In this document: one piece after another, positions 41,130 to 53,760 of the stretch
How positions within the stretch are numbered: position 1 is the first letter of the stretch
Layout of the letters: each line of letters opens with the position of its first letter
Assembly: GCF_006345805.1 (NCBI RefSeq)
Contig: NC_043004.1
Location: forward strand, 73,222,001 to 73,286,000
DNA: 64,000 nucleotides
Origin: Octopus sinensis
Lineage: Eukaryota
Direction of reading: 5' to 3'
Notes under the pieces: model-generated
Databases searched by the model: none
What the model saw: only the letters and a program-made list of their open reading frames with translations
Told to the model about the DNA's origin: nothing
Position numbers and translations under genes: made by a program

Positions 41130-41334
41130 GCATATGTATGAATGAATTTATATGTGCGTGTGTTGTGCACGCGCACGCGCATGCATGTACAAAATTAAAT
41201 CGTCGCAATAAACACTGAAATGTGAACAGCTGACGTCACAGATGGGACCGATTAAAATATGAGTTAAACATTTGAATATAGTGGAAACAATGTGTTGTGT
41301 ATTTTATAAGACATTGGTTCCAAATTTTGGAACA

Positions 41335-41515
41335 ACGTTTGGGGAGTGGGTTAGTCGATTATATCGACTCCAGCATTCAACTGGTACATATATCGGCTCC
41401 GAAAGGATGAAAGGCAAAGTCGGCCTCGGAGGAATTCGAACTAAAAAAGCAGACGAAATGCCGCGAAGCATCTTTTAGTGCTCGGCGTGCTAACGATTCT
41501 GCCAGCTCACCACCA
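41335..41515 (-). mobile_element. SINE family B
   Basis: CCGAAAGGATGAAAGGCAAAGTCGGCCTCGG..GGCGTGCTAACGATTCTGCCAGCTCACC. Confidence 0.8.
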
Positions 41516-41598
41516 TCTTGCCTATTTATAGATATTAAAATAACTGTTTGAAGCGACAAACTTTTAGATCTGAAAATGTTGTTGCCGATGTTTTTGAT

Positions 41599-41633
41599 CA
41601 TCATCATCATCATCATCATCGTCATCATCGTCG

Positions 41634-41680
<47 letters not shown>

Positions 41681-41696
41681 GTCATCATCGTCGTCG

Positions 41697-41728
<32 letters not shown>

Positions 41729-41729
41729 G

Positions 41730-41762
<33 letters not shown>

Positions 41763-41800
41763 CATCATCGTCGTCATCATCATCGTCATCATCATCATCA
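41599..41800. repeat. (CAT)n/(CGT)n microsatellite, ~200 bp
   Basis: Direct reading; explains the poly-H, poly-M and poly-I ORFs. Confidence 0.95.
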
Positions 41801-42447
41801 TCTCTTTCTTCTATGTTCTGGTTTTTGCAATTTGGGATTTCCTAACTGATTCTAAACGCAGAAAATTTCTATTTTTGTGTGTGTACTACTATAGAACAAA
41901 GGTATATTTACATTAATTGTTTAGATATTTTTGCCCCTTTGGGGCGAGAAGACACGTTAATAAAGCATTTTGGGTCCGACATGTAACTTTCATCGTATTT
42001 TTAGCAAGATGATGATAAAACAAGTAGCGGTAGACACACTAAAATATATCTCCGCAAACACCAAACAATGAAAAATATAAGATGAACTCGAATAGTTTGC
42101 ACCGACACACAGACATTTCGAAAGGATTAAGTAATAAGGATTTGCTAAACACCCAAGGCGACTTTCATACTCCGCTTGCTAAAAGCAACAACAAAAACAA
42201 GGTCATTTGTAGGGCTCATATATATACACATATATACACAAACTTCAAAACTGTGGGTACAGTGGAACAGCAGGCATAAGTACGTGAAATAACCACTAGT
42301 TGTCCCATACTTCGATATATGGCATTAATTTGCGAAGATGATCTGGTTCTTGACTGATGACTGAGAGCTTCGAAAGTCCCGTCTGTGTTGTTTTTTTGTC
42401 GTCTTCAAAATGTTTCACGTTCTTGTCCCAGTTTGTGTTTTTTTAAC

Positions 42448-42500
<53 letters not shown>

Positions 42501-42649
42501 TATATCACATAAACAGAAGTGCACAGAAGTGGATTAAAATACGAGTTCAAATTCACATACGCTGATGTACATATAAGCGAATATAGAGAGTGTTGTATAA
42601 ACACACACACACTCAAACACACACGCTCGCGCGCGCACACATTCATTTT

Positions 42650-42826
42650 TGGGGAGGGAGCCAGTGATTAGATTGACTCCAGGACGCAACTGGTACTTAA
42701 TTTATCGTCCCCGAAAGGATGAAAGGCAAAGACGACCTCGGCGGAAATTGAACTCAGAACGTAACGGCAGACGAAATACGGTTACGCATTTCGCTACCGT
42801 GCTAACGTTTCTGCCAGCTCGCCGCC
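42650..42826 (-). mobile_element. SINE family B (monomer) inside a segment duplicated at 46227
   Basis: Family B body with head GCCAGCTCGCCGCC ending at 42826. Confidence 0.85.
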
Positions 42827-43255
42827 TTTATATATTGAAGTAGGAATATCCAGAGATCGCGGAATGCTCTACGTCACGTCCCACGCAGATAATGTTTACA
42901 AGAACCAGACTGCAGTATAAACGGTGCAGTGACAGGTGGGCTCAGAGCTGGGAGAAGGGAGTGTTTTAACCCGATGCTGTGTGGGCGGGAAACATGAAAT
43001 ATATATACTTTTTAAATAACTTTGTTTTATTCATCTTCGTTTGCTGTTATTTAATATATTTCCTTATTTAAAAAAAACACATTTTTTTAAAAGTGCTTCC
43101 TTTGTAAAAAGTCCCTGACCTATCCCCTCTTGTTTTATATAACTTGTTTGTCTTACTCTGACATGCTTTTTTTGAGCCCCTCGTCTTAACGTTCATAATT
43201 GCATGCATGAACGATAATGTATGTAATTGCAATTAGAGGCGAAGTAAAAGAACAG

Positions 43256-43305
<50 letters not shown>

Positions 43306-43321
43306 TATCATCATTATTTAA

Positions 43322-43738
43322 GGTGGCGAGCTGGCAGAATAATGAGCACGCCACGGAAAAAAACCCCTTCCGGCATTTCGTCCGTCTTTACGTTCTGAGT
43401 TCAAATACCATCGGTGTCGACTTTCGGGTTCTGTGTTCAAATTCCATCGGGGTCCTTTCGGGCTCGATAAAATAAGTACCAGTTGTGCACTGGGGTCGAT
43501 TTAATCGATTTACTCCCTGTCACAAACCTGCTGGCATTGTGCCAAATTTTGAATCCTAAAGGCGACGAGAATCGATAGCACACCGGGAAAAATGCTTTAC
43601 GGCATTTTGTCTGTCTTTTATGTTCCCAGTTTTCTGCCGAGGTCGACTTTGCCTTCTTTTCGGAGTCGATAAAATAAATACTAGTCAAGCACTGGGGTCG
43701 ATGTAATCAACTAGCCTCTTTGCACCAAATTTCAGGCC
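43322..43738 (+). mobile_element. SINE family B, two adjacent diverged copies
   Basis: GGTGGCGAGCTGGCAGAAT head at 43322; second head GGCGACGAGAATCG at ~43561; B-box-like GAGTTCAAAT. Confidence 0.8.
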
Positions 43739-44849
43739 TATATATATATATATATATATATATACGACAGGCTTCTTTCAGTTTCCGTCTACCATATCTA
43801 CTCACAAAGCTTTGGTAGTCCCTAGGCTATAGTAGAAGACACTTGCCCAAGGTGCCACGTACAACGATGTGGTTGGGAAGCCTGCTTCTTATCACACACT
43901 CACGCATGCGCCACTGATATTTGATAGAACTTGATAATTTGTAGAAAAAAAGCATACACATGATTGTATATACATATACGTAGACGTATCGTAATATAGT
44001 ATGCATTTAACACATGCTCTATGTTATACAGTAATTAAACATTATTTCAAGGAGAACGTGTGAGTGTATTAAATATAAATATAAACTGCATTATTTTAAC
44101 GCTTCTTCCTGTGCATATACATAATTAAATGCCGCTTGACTAGACTTTGCATACACCAGCAAGATTATTTTTTATTGTTTACATTTAAGAACAGCAGTTC
44201 TCACTGGGCTATGAACAACTGAAGCGGTATCTATAAATGATGGAGCGCAACGAGGTGGAAACACGTGCCTTGCAATCTGATGACGTCATTCAGAACCCAA
44301 CTCGAAACATATTTTTGCATACATAGACTGTAAAGGGAATGTCTCCGAGACAAGTAACGCAGCGAAGACGATCGTATAACAAAGGTAAATACTTAACGTA
44401 TACATATATAAATACACACACACACACGAACAAACACACACACACACACGAACAAACACACACACACAAACACACACACACACACGAACACACACATACA
44501 CACGTAATGGATCTTTATTTCACCACTGTTGATTGTGTATGTAACACGCAAAACTTAGATAATTAAGTCTGCAGTCTCACAAAATTTCTCTTGATATCTG
44601 TGTGTGTGTGTGTTGTGTGTGTGTCTGTGTATATATATACACACACATAAATGCATATACATACATGAGCATATATGTGTGTGTGTATATATATACATAC
44701 ATACAAGCATATATATAAATGTATATACAAACATATGTACATATATACATACACACACACACAAACACATATATATATATGTGTATATTTACACATATAA
44801 ATGTATATATGTATTTGTACATGCATACATACATACAAACACATATATT

Positions 44850-45157
44850 TAAAGACCCCCTTCGGTCATGAGTGACCATGGGTTTGCACCTAGAGAGTTA
44901 CCCTCTGAGGCACAAGTCTGGGCAAGGTTGTTTTATGGAAGACCAGTAGTCGCCCATGCATACCGGCCTCCCCTCTCCACGCCACCAGTGTTATCCAAGG
45001 GAAAGACAAAGGTCGATACAGCTTGGCACCTGTGACGTCGCAACTCATTTCTACAGCTGAGTGAACTGGAGCAACGTGAAATAAAGTGTCTTGCTCAAGA
45101 ATACAACACGCAGCCCGGTCCGGGATTCGAGCTCACAACCTCACGATCGTAAGCTCG

Positions 45158-45160
<3 letters not shown>
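44850..45160 (-). mobile_element. SINE family C with an RTE-like tail; sister copy at 55325-55622
   Basis: AAAGACCC..TTCGGTCAT..GTCGCCCAT.CATACC..TCCAAGGGAAA..GCAACTCATTTCTA..GAGTGAACTGGAGCAACGTGAAATAAAGTGTCTTGCT shared by both copies. Confidence 0.8.
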
Positions 45161-45196
<36 letters not shown>

Positions 45197-46159
45197 TACA
45201 TACATACATATATACTATATATATACTATGTATATATATATATATATGGATACGGTCCTTCCTCCTCTGACAGTTATTAAAACAACAAAGCAAAACCCCC
45301 AGAAAATATTTAAGATATCTTTTCTTTGTTTAAGACGGTTGGATATAATTCGTAGGAGATTTGGTTGTTATTACTAACAGGTCGACCGACGACATAGGGG
45401 CCCCCCTCGTGAGACCAACCACCGTTGCGACTGTTGTGGTTACTGCTTGCAACACATGTTAAACATGATTTAATTTAATTATGGCGTCATGCTTTTCATT
45501 TCCATCAATATATTTGTGTTGTGGAAATGGCTTCGAGAGGAAGTCTCTGGTTACTATTTCTCTGGAGAATTGAGTCAGAACTGAATTTCAATGTGAATTT
45601 TACATACTGCAACGTACGCGCGCAGACACGCACGCACACACGCACGCACATACACAGACACACACACACACACACACACACACACCATACACACACACAC
45701 ACACTCATACTCACACACACACAAACACAGATACATAGATTACACACATAGACACACACATACACACGCATACATGCATACATACATACCCACATACATA
45801 CATATCCACATACATACTCGCATATATACATACATATATATACACATACATACATACATACACACACACAAGCAAATACATTAACAGTCTACGCCGACAT
45901 ATACATTCGCTCGCACACACACAGACAAACACACACGCACACACATGCATACTCACGTGCAAACACGCACACATACGCACACATGCTCGCGCACGCACTC
46001 ATGCATTCACTAGTCTGTGTTCACACATGCATTCACGAGACTACGATCAAATACACATCACTGCGCACAAATACATACACACACACGCTCATACATATAC
46101 GCGCACTCGTTCACACACACGCACATACGTACATACATACATATATACATACGTACATG

Positions 46160-46224
<65 letters not shown>

Positions 46225-46382
46225 GGCACATAAGCAGAAGTGCACAGAAGTGGATTAAAATACGAATTCAAATTCACATACGCTGATGTACATATAAGCG
46301 AATATAGAGAGTGTTGTATAAACACACACACACTCAAACAAACACACACACACGCACGCACGCACATACGCATATTCTTTTT

Positions 46383-47112
46383 TGGAGAGGGAGCCAGTGA
46401 TTAGATCGACACCAGAACGCAACTGGTACTTAATTTATCGTCCCCGAAAGGATGAGAGGCAAAGTCGACATCGGCGGAATTTGAACTCAGAACATAATGA
46501 CAGACTAAATACATATTTCTTTACTGCTCACAAGGGGCTACACACAGAGTGGACAAACAAGGACAGACAAACGGATTAAGTCGATTACATCGACCCCAGT
46601 GCGTAACTGGTACTTATTTAATCGATACCGAAAGGATGAAAGGCAAAGTAGACCTCGGCGGAATTTGAACTCAGAACGTAACGGCAGACGAAATACCTAG
46701 TTCTATACTACCCACAAGGGGTTAAACACAGAGAGGACAAATAAGGACAGACAAACGGATTAAGTCGATTACATCGACCCCAGTGCGTAACTGGTACTTA
46801 TTTAATCGATACCGAAAGGATGAAAGGCAAAGTAGACCTCGGCGGAATTTGAACTCAGAACGTAACGGTAGACGAAATACCTAGTTCTATACTACCCACA
46901 AGGGGTTAAACACAGAGAGGACAAATAAGGACAGACAAACGGATTAAGTCGATTACATCGACCCCAGTGCGTAACTGGTACTTATTTAATCGATACCAAA
47001 AGGATGAAAGGCAAAGCCGTCCTCGGCGGAATTTGAACTCAGAAGGTAGCGGCAGACGAAATACTGCTAAGCATTTCGACCGGCGTGCTAACGTCTCTGC
47101 CAGTTCGCCGCC
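46383..47112 (-). repeat. SINE family B expanded into a 184-bp tandem array
   Basis: ACGGATTAAGTCGATTACATCGACCCCAG starts at 46571, 46755 and 46939 (period 184), near-identical units; head GCCAGTTCGCCGCC ends at 47112. Confidence 0.92.
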
Positions 47113-47549
47113 TTTATATACGTATATTCTGAAAAAAAAAAAATGAGATTTTGTTCTTCACATTTTTAAGTTCCTTTTATATTTTTATTCTTTCATTCTT
47201 TGTATATTACAACGCATATAGAGATATGTGTTTTTTTTTAGAGATGTATTTTTGTCTCTCAGGCTACACACACACACACACACACACACACCACACACAC
47301 ACATACACACACATCTGTGTGCATAACTATAATTATATATGTATGTATGTGTATGTATGTATATATATATATATATGTATATATATATAATATACACACA
47401 TATATGTATGTATATATATGTATATATATGCATGTATAAAGACATAAACATATGTATATATATATATATATATATTACGTATGTTTTATATATACACGTA
47501 TATCAGGTATATCATATAAATTATATTATTCGTGTATATATGTATGTGC

Positions 47550-47592
<43 letters not shown>

Positions 47593-47619
47593 TATATATA
47601 TATGTATGTATATACATAC

Positions 47620-47668
<49 letters not shown>

Positions 47669-48534
47669 GAGAGAGAGCAAGTGATAGTGAGAGAGACATG
47701 CATATACATAAATATATGCACACACGTACACTCCTGCATGCATAAATATGAACAGACAGACACAAGTGCACGCACACACACACACACTCACAACCAAGCT
47801 TTCATACACATATATAGACTTTTTTTTATACATATATATACCCTCGAGCCAACTCGTTACGCTCCAAACAGCACCACTTCACACACCTAATCCAATCACG
47901 CTATAGAACTACAGAACGTTATTTAAAATAGAACAACGCTAACAATTCCGAAATCGAATAATTTCGGTTGGCGGGGTAGGTCAGCCATATTGAAAAACTT
48001 GACTCTCGGGAGTTAGTCGATAATGAAAACATTCGGCGACGCTTTAGGGTCCAATGTTTTCTACACAGACGGGTTGAGTCCTTCTATTTCATTTTTCTTT
48101 CTCGTTTGATTATAATATTTATTTATTTATTTATTCAGTAGTCTTGTAAACATTGATTGTTTTCACTTCACAGCTATGCGTATCTCTGTGGGCATCACTT
48201 ACGCTCTGGTTTGATTTGGCTTGGCGTGTCCTATTGTATTGTATATGTGTAACTTTATCGTATAGTATATAACTATATCGAATGATATATCTATTAAATG
48301 TGTCTTCTACTGTACAGTATATGTGTATTCCCTTGTATAATATATTTGAATTCTATTGTATAGTATTTAAGTATATTGTATACTATATATGTCATAAATG
48401 TGTATTCTACTATACAGCATATAAATTTATTTTACAGCATATTCGGTATACGTATTTTCCATTGTGTAGTATATAACTATATTGTATAATATATATTATA
48501 TGTGTATTCTGTTGTGTAGTTCACGTTGTGTGAA

Positions 48535-48838
48535 GGTACGTGGCTTAGTGGTTAGGGGATTTGGTGAGTTCGATACTCAGCGGCCCATTATGTCCTCGAG
48601 CGAAATACTTTTTTATTTCACGTGGCTCCAGTCCACCCAGCTGGTAAAAATGCAGAGCACCTGTAATTAAAAGACTGGGCAATGTCACGTTCTGTGTCAT
48701 ATTGAATCTCCCTGAGAACTACGTTAAGGGTACACGTGTCTGTGGAATGCTCAGCCACTTGCACATTAATTTCACGAGCAGGCTGTTCCGTTGATCGGAT
48801 CAACTGGAACCCTCGTCGTCGTAACCGACGGAGTGCCA
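48535..48838 (+). mobile_element. tRNA-derived SINE with a Nin/Deu-like central segment
   Basis: TGGCTTAGTGGTTAGGG A box, GAGTTCGATAC B box, CCAGTCCACCCAGCTGG segment, tail GGAACCCTCGTCGTCGTAACCGACGGAGTGCCA. Confidence 0.7.
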
Positions 48839-49126
48839 ATAAGGATATATTGCATAAAATCGTAGTATACTAAATAGTATACATATATATTGGGTTAATC
48901 ATTGCGGCATGTTTTCAACAAATTTTATTCAACAAAAATAATAACATGTAACAATCTTTGAATGATTATTCCGGAGCATATTCACCATCTACTTCAATTA
49001 CTGCTTCCTATATGCTTGGCAGACCGTCAGACCGTAATTTAAAGATGTTTTTATTAAATATTGTTATTGTTTTTGTTGAATGAAATTTGTTGAAAAAAAG
49101 CTGCAATAATTATGCACCAACCCAAT

Positions 49127-49534
49127 ACAGATATTGTTATATTTCGGGACGGTCATTTTTCTTATTTTTGCCAAATAAACACACGCACTATATATTTGTT
49201 CTTCACTTGTTTATTACGGTTCTCTTTTTCTTTTTCATCTTAACTCATGTCCATTGTCCGGAAATCTTTCGTCACACATCTGTGACCTCTTCAGCGACAC
49301 TTTTCGTTTTCGTGCGCGCTCTTGCTCCACTTACTCCGTTCTGTTCTTCTAAGATGTGTAGATACTTATCTTAGAAAATGTGTGACGAAATTTTTCTGGA
49401 CAATGGACATGAGTTAAAATAAAAAAAAAAGAACAGGAATAAACGAGTGAAGAACAAATATATAGTGCGTGTGTTTATTTGGCAAAATCCCCCCCCTACC
49501 AAAAATGACTATCCCAAAATACAACAATATCTGT
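49127..49534. mobile_element. 408-bp fold-back element with a hammerhead motif at the arm/loop border
   Basis: 49166-49279 is inverted to 49378-49487, and 49127-49160 to 49501-49534; minus-strand hammerhead at 49255-49300. Confidence 0.85.
49255..49300 (-). ncRNA. Type I hammerhead motif
   Basis: GTGTCG-CTGAAGA-G-GTCACA-gatg-TGTGAC-GAAA-GATTT-C-CGGACA; helix II is a perfect 6 bp; helix III AGATTT is one change from the palindrome AGATCT; helix I has 5 pairs with one bulge. Confidence 0.65.
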
Positions 49535-49582
49535 TTCAACACACGATTTCTCATCAGGGATCTAGTAACACAATTGATAAAC

Positions 49583-49628
<46 letters not shown>

Positions 49629-49811
49629 AGAAAAAGCTCTTGCACGAGTAACATACACTCGGAAGGTCAGTTTCTATGGCGTATCTATAGTTCAACTGGA
49701 CAAGTGTGTATATATATAATATATATATAATATTATATATATACATACTCACACACACACACACACAGACACACACACACACTCACACACACAGATGTAT
49801 GTATACATGTA

Positions 49812-49842
<31 letters not shown>

Positions 49843-50584
49843 GGTAAACGTGTATTCTACAATATTGTATATAAGTATATTGTGCAGTATATATATATAG
49901 CTTGTGTATATTCTATTCTACAATATATAAGTGCAATCGCTTCTGGTATTGTTTTCCGTATCGTGTGTATATGAGTAAGATCATTGCAGCGTCAAAAAAG
50001 GGATTTGTGATATTTGTTCTGAGTCCTTATTTTCCGAGCTCATACCCAGCTAAGTTCAAATTTGCATCTTCATCCTTTCGGGCTCGATAAATTTAAGTAC
50101 CAATCAAATGCTTGTGTCGATGTTACAGTCTATCCTCACAACCTCAAAATTGCTAATCTGGTCTGGTGCCTAAATTAGGGGCAATTACTGTTGTTAGTGT
50201 TAACTGTGGAATTATGTCTCATGGGTTTGTGTCGCTTATGGAACGAAACCAGCTGCCAGCCGAGTTCATTCTTGATGATCGCTCTACTACCGTCTTTCAT
50301 CCCAGAATGGTTGACAGTTTCTCAACGTCTAATGGACATGCCGAAACGGGTGGCATGGTAGACAATATTGGAAGGATCCTTTTGAGTGGAAGATGAAGGG
50401 AAGAGAGAGAGATACAGTCTTTCCCATCAGTAAATTTGACCCTAAATTCCTCGTTATATTTACTGTTTGTAATAAGATGTCAAACATCTTCGTTGCATAT
50501 CGGTATATCGCGTATTTAGGATTTTTCCATTGGAGTACCTTATAATTTATTCTTCTTTTCTAAGTATGCATGTGTGTATGTATG

Positions 50585-50636
<52 letters not shown>

Positions 50637-50916
50637 ATATTATATATATAATATATATATATGTCTATCTATCGTACCTATAATATAGTTTTCATTTTAC
50701 TTATTGTATTGTGTTGTTTTTCATCATACACACGCACGCACACACACAATCAAGCATATTTATATAGGGGGTGGTAGTACGTTTATGTATGTGTGTGCGT
50801 GCAGGTATATCTACACAAACATGTGTATATATGTGCATAATATATAATATATAATGTGTGTGTGTGTGTGTGTGCTAATAATATATATATAATATATGTA
50901 TATATATATATATATG

Positions 50917-50976
<60 letters not shown>

Positions 50977-51067
50977 TATTATATATATATATATGTATGT
51001 ATGTATAAATATATATATATAAGCAACAATAAATCTCCGAAAGAGATGTAAACAGTAACCGCTCGAC

Positions 51068-51405
51068 AACGTAAAGTATACTAGCCATCTCAATATGGCT
51101 AACCACTAAAGGTGGGTGTTACTGTCGCTTTTAGCTCCAGGAGATCATCGTCTTTATGTGCCCTTATGATATTCGCAAATTACCGGTGATTACCGTACGT
51201 TGACGAGAGGCAAGAACCTCGAAACTATAGTCCGTGCGTATCACTTAGGTTTACGAGAGGGGATGACCTCCCTTTGCGAATATCATAAGAGCACAGAAAG
51301 TGTGTCTAAAGCCAGCTGGAGACGATGATCTCCTGGGGCTAAAAGCTTCAGTAACATCCACCCTTAGTGGTTAGCCATATTGAGATGGCTAGTATACTTT
51401 ACGTT
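51068..51405. mobile_element. 338-bp fold-back element with a hammerhead in its loop
   Basis: 51068-51179 is inverted to 51273-51405 with 7 substitutions and a 21-nt indel; 93-nt loop. Confidence 0.9.
51194..51238 (+). ncRNA. Type I hammerhead ribozyme (C3U variant, GUC triplet)
   Basis: CGTACG-TTGACGA-GAGG-caagaa-CCTC-GAAA-CTATAGT-C-CGTGCG; helix I 6 bp (one G:U), helix II 4 bp, helix III the perfect palindrome ACTATAGT; predicted cleavage after 51232. Confidence 0.8.
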
Positions 51406-52019
51406 ATATATATATATATTTATACATACATGTGCACATACATACATACATACATACATACATACATACATACATACATACATACATACATACATACATA
51501 CACAACACACAAATGAATACACATATTTACACAATTTGTAATACCTAAAATAAATTGTTTGTTTACCTGAAAATCTAAACAAAAGCCTTTCCCCTTGCGA
51601 GGAAAAAATAAAAAGCAAAAAACAAAAATAATAAAACAACACACACACATCCACATCCACACACACACATACACACACACACACACATACACACACTATT
51701 GTAAGAAAAGCAACATCAAAAAAGACATAAAAAAAAACGGGAAGCATACCGAAATAGACACCCGTAAAGTACCCCCTGAACCTCCTGCCACCCGGTTTTG
51801 AAAATTGATGTAACGAAACAAGAAGCAAGTTGTTTGGCAGATTCGTTAATTTCCTCACACCTGACAGACATTTGGGAAAAGAATCACACCATTATTGTTG
51901 TTAATGATCTTTCGGTTGATGTTGATGTTATTCGTAATGTTGTTGTTGTTGTTGTCGTCGTCGTTCTGCTAGTGTGGTAACAGGCATGGGGGGGGGGCAA
52001 TGCGGTTATTGACGTTGGA

Positions 52020-52099
52020 GGGGTACGAGCAAATGAAGTCATCAGAACTAAGTGTTATTTTGTTGCAGTTATTCATGCTGTTTTCATTGTTCTGTAGAC

Positions 52100-52131
<32 letters not shown>

Positions 52132-52132
52132 T

Positions 52133-52182
<50 letters not shown>

Positions 52183-53130
52183 TGTTGTTGTTGTTGTTGA
52201 CATTGTGTTCTAACGGTGACGGGAGCATCAGTAGGTGGCGGTGGAAGAGAAGTGTTTGTAATGAAGTCATCTCAGCTGAGTGCCATGTAGATTTTGCTAT
52301 TGTTGTTGTTGTTGTTGCAGCAGTGTGGCATCAACGGCAGCGGTTTTAGTGGTGGTGGTCGCAGTTGCAATGGTTCTGGCGGTTATAATGCTAGTGGCGC
52401 AGGTGGTAGTAGAGGTACCATGGAAGTTCTAGTAATAAAGCTGTCACAGCTAAGCATTACGTTGTTCATGTTTCAGTGTTATTTTGCTGCATCAGTTGTA
52501 ACAACAGTAGGTAGTGTCATATGTGGACGGACGGTGGTTGGTAGAGGTGGTAGAGACGGCGGTGGTGGTGATGATGGTGGTGGTGGTAGCGATGGTGGTA
52601 GTAGAATTTGTGGTAGAACAGTAGAAGTGATAAAGTCCTCGGAATTGAACATTATCTTGTGGCAGTGTGGTAAAAGTGGTATGGAAAAAGTGCTGGCTTT
52701 GGTGATGATAGATTTGTAGTGTTGGTGGTAGTGTTTGAAGTGGTGTTGGCAGTGATGATGATGATGACAAAGAGACGGTAAACGATGAAGCCCTCTAACT
52801 ACACATTAACTTGTTGTTGTTGTTGTAGCAGTGTGGGATGAGTGGTGTGGGAAACGGTATGTGATGGTAGTTGTAGCGAGCGGAGGTGGAGGCGGTGGCA
52901 ATGGCGATGATGGGAAAAAAGTGGCAAGCAAATGAAGTCCTCACAACTTAGCGTCAGTTTGTTATTGTTGCTGTTGTTGTTAGTGTTGTAACGTTGTAAC
53001 GGCGGTAGCAGAGGTGGGTGGGGGTGGTAGCATTATCATCAAGAGGAGGAGGAGGAGGAGGTGGTGGTGGTGGAAGGTAAGGGAAGAAATGCTTGTAATG
53101 AAACCATCAGAACTAAGTACTGTGTTGTTT
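52020..53130. repeat. Cryptic degenerate satellite: seven ~30-bp motifs separated by GGT/GTT microsatellite expansions
   Basis: ATRAAGYCNTCNSARCTNAG-like motif beginning at 52033, 52261, 52435, 52630, 52785, 52932, 53098. Confidence 0.7.
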
Positions 53131-53760
53131 ACATAGAAATAATGATCAGAATGCGACCGCTGTGCCGCCGCCGCGCCGCCGTCACAAGGCTTCCTGCGGT
53201 GCGTCTCATACTTAAATAGCCAAGCAACTGATGAAATGGACGGGTGGTATCATACTAGTTATTGTTGTTGTTGCTGTTGTGGGTCATGATGGTGGTGGTG
53301 TTTGTGGTGGTGATTATGGTAGTCGCGATGATGGTGATGTTTATGGTGGTGTTGGTGGTTACGGTTGAGATGGTGGTGGCGGCGGCTGTGGCTGGTAGAG
53401 GTGCTAGTGATGGTGGTAGTGGTAATGTCTGTGGTGGCGATAGCGGTGGTGGTGATGAGGGTGGTAGTGGTGGTGATGGCGGTGTCTTATTGGTTATTCC
53501 TATTGTTTGGTTGTATTGTTTATTGTTGTTGTTGATGATGATGATGTGAAAATGGTTGTGTTGCTATTCTCGGTTTAATCCCAGGCCAACCCTGATCGGG
53601 CAGATCAGTAACCAGAGGTATTCCACCCATGATCACCCCATCCTACTTCCATACATGGTGCCTCTACAACCACACGATGCATTGCTTCATATCATCTGAC
53701 CTCTGTCTTGATTCGTTTTTTTTTTCTGAAGGAGTGATTTCGGAGAGATTTTGACTGTAT

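Noticed and set aside
41377-41916. Poly-His, poly-Met and poly-Ile ORFs
   Set aside because: A (CAT)n microsatellite read in different frames
42347-42395. CTGATGA...GAAAGTCCCGTC hammerhead-like string
   Set aside because: Helix II is weak, helix III has a G.G clash and helix I does not pair
44272-44318. GCAAT-CTGATGA...GAAACATAT-T-TTTGC
   Set aside because: Core and partial helices I and III are present but helix II does not form; not counted among supported motifs
52020-53130. CRISPR-like repeat/spacer appearance
   Set aside because: Eukaryotic context, highly degenerate repeats, 120-200 bp low-complexity spacers and no cas genes; treated as a cryptic satellite
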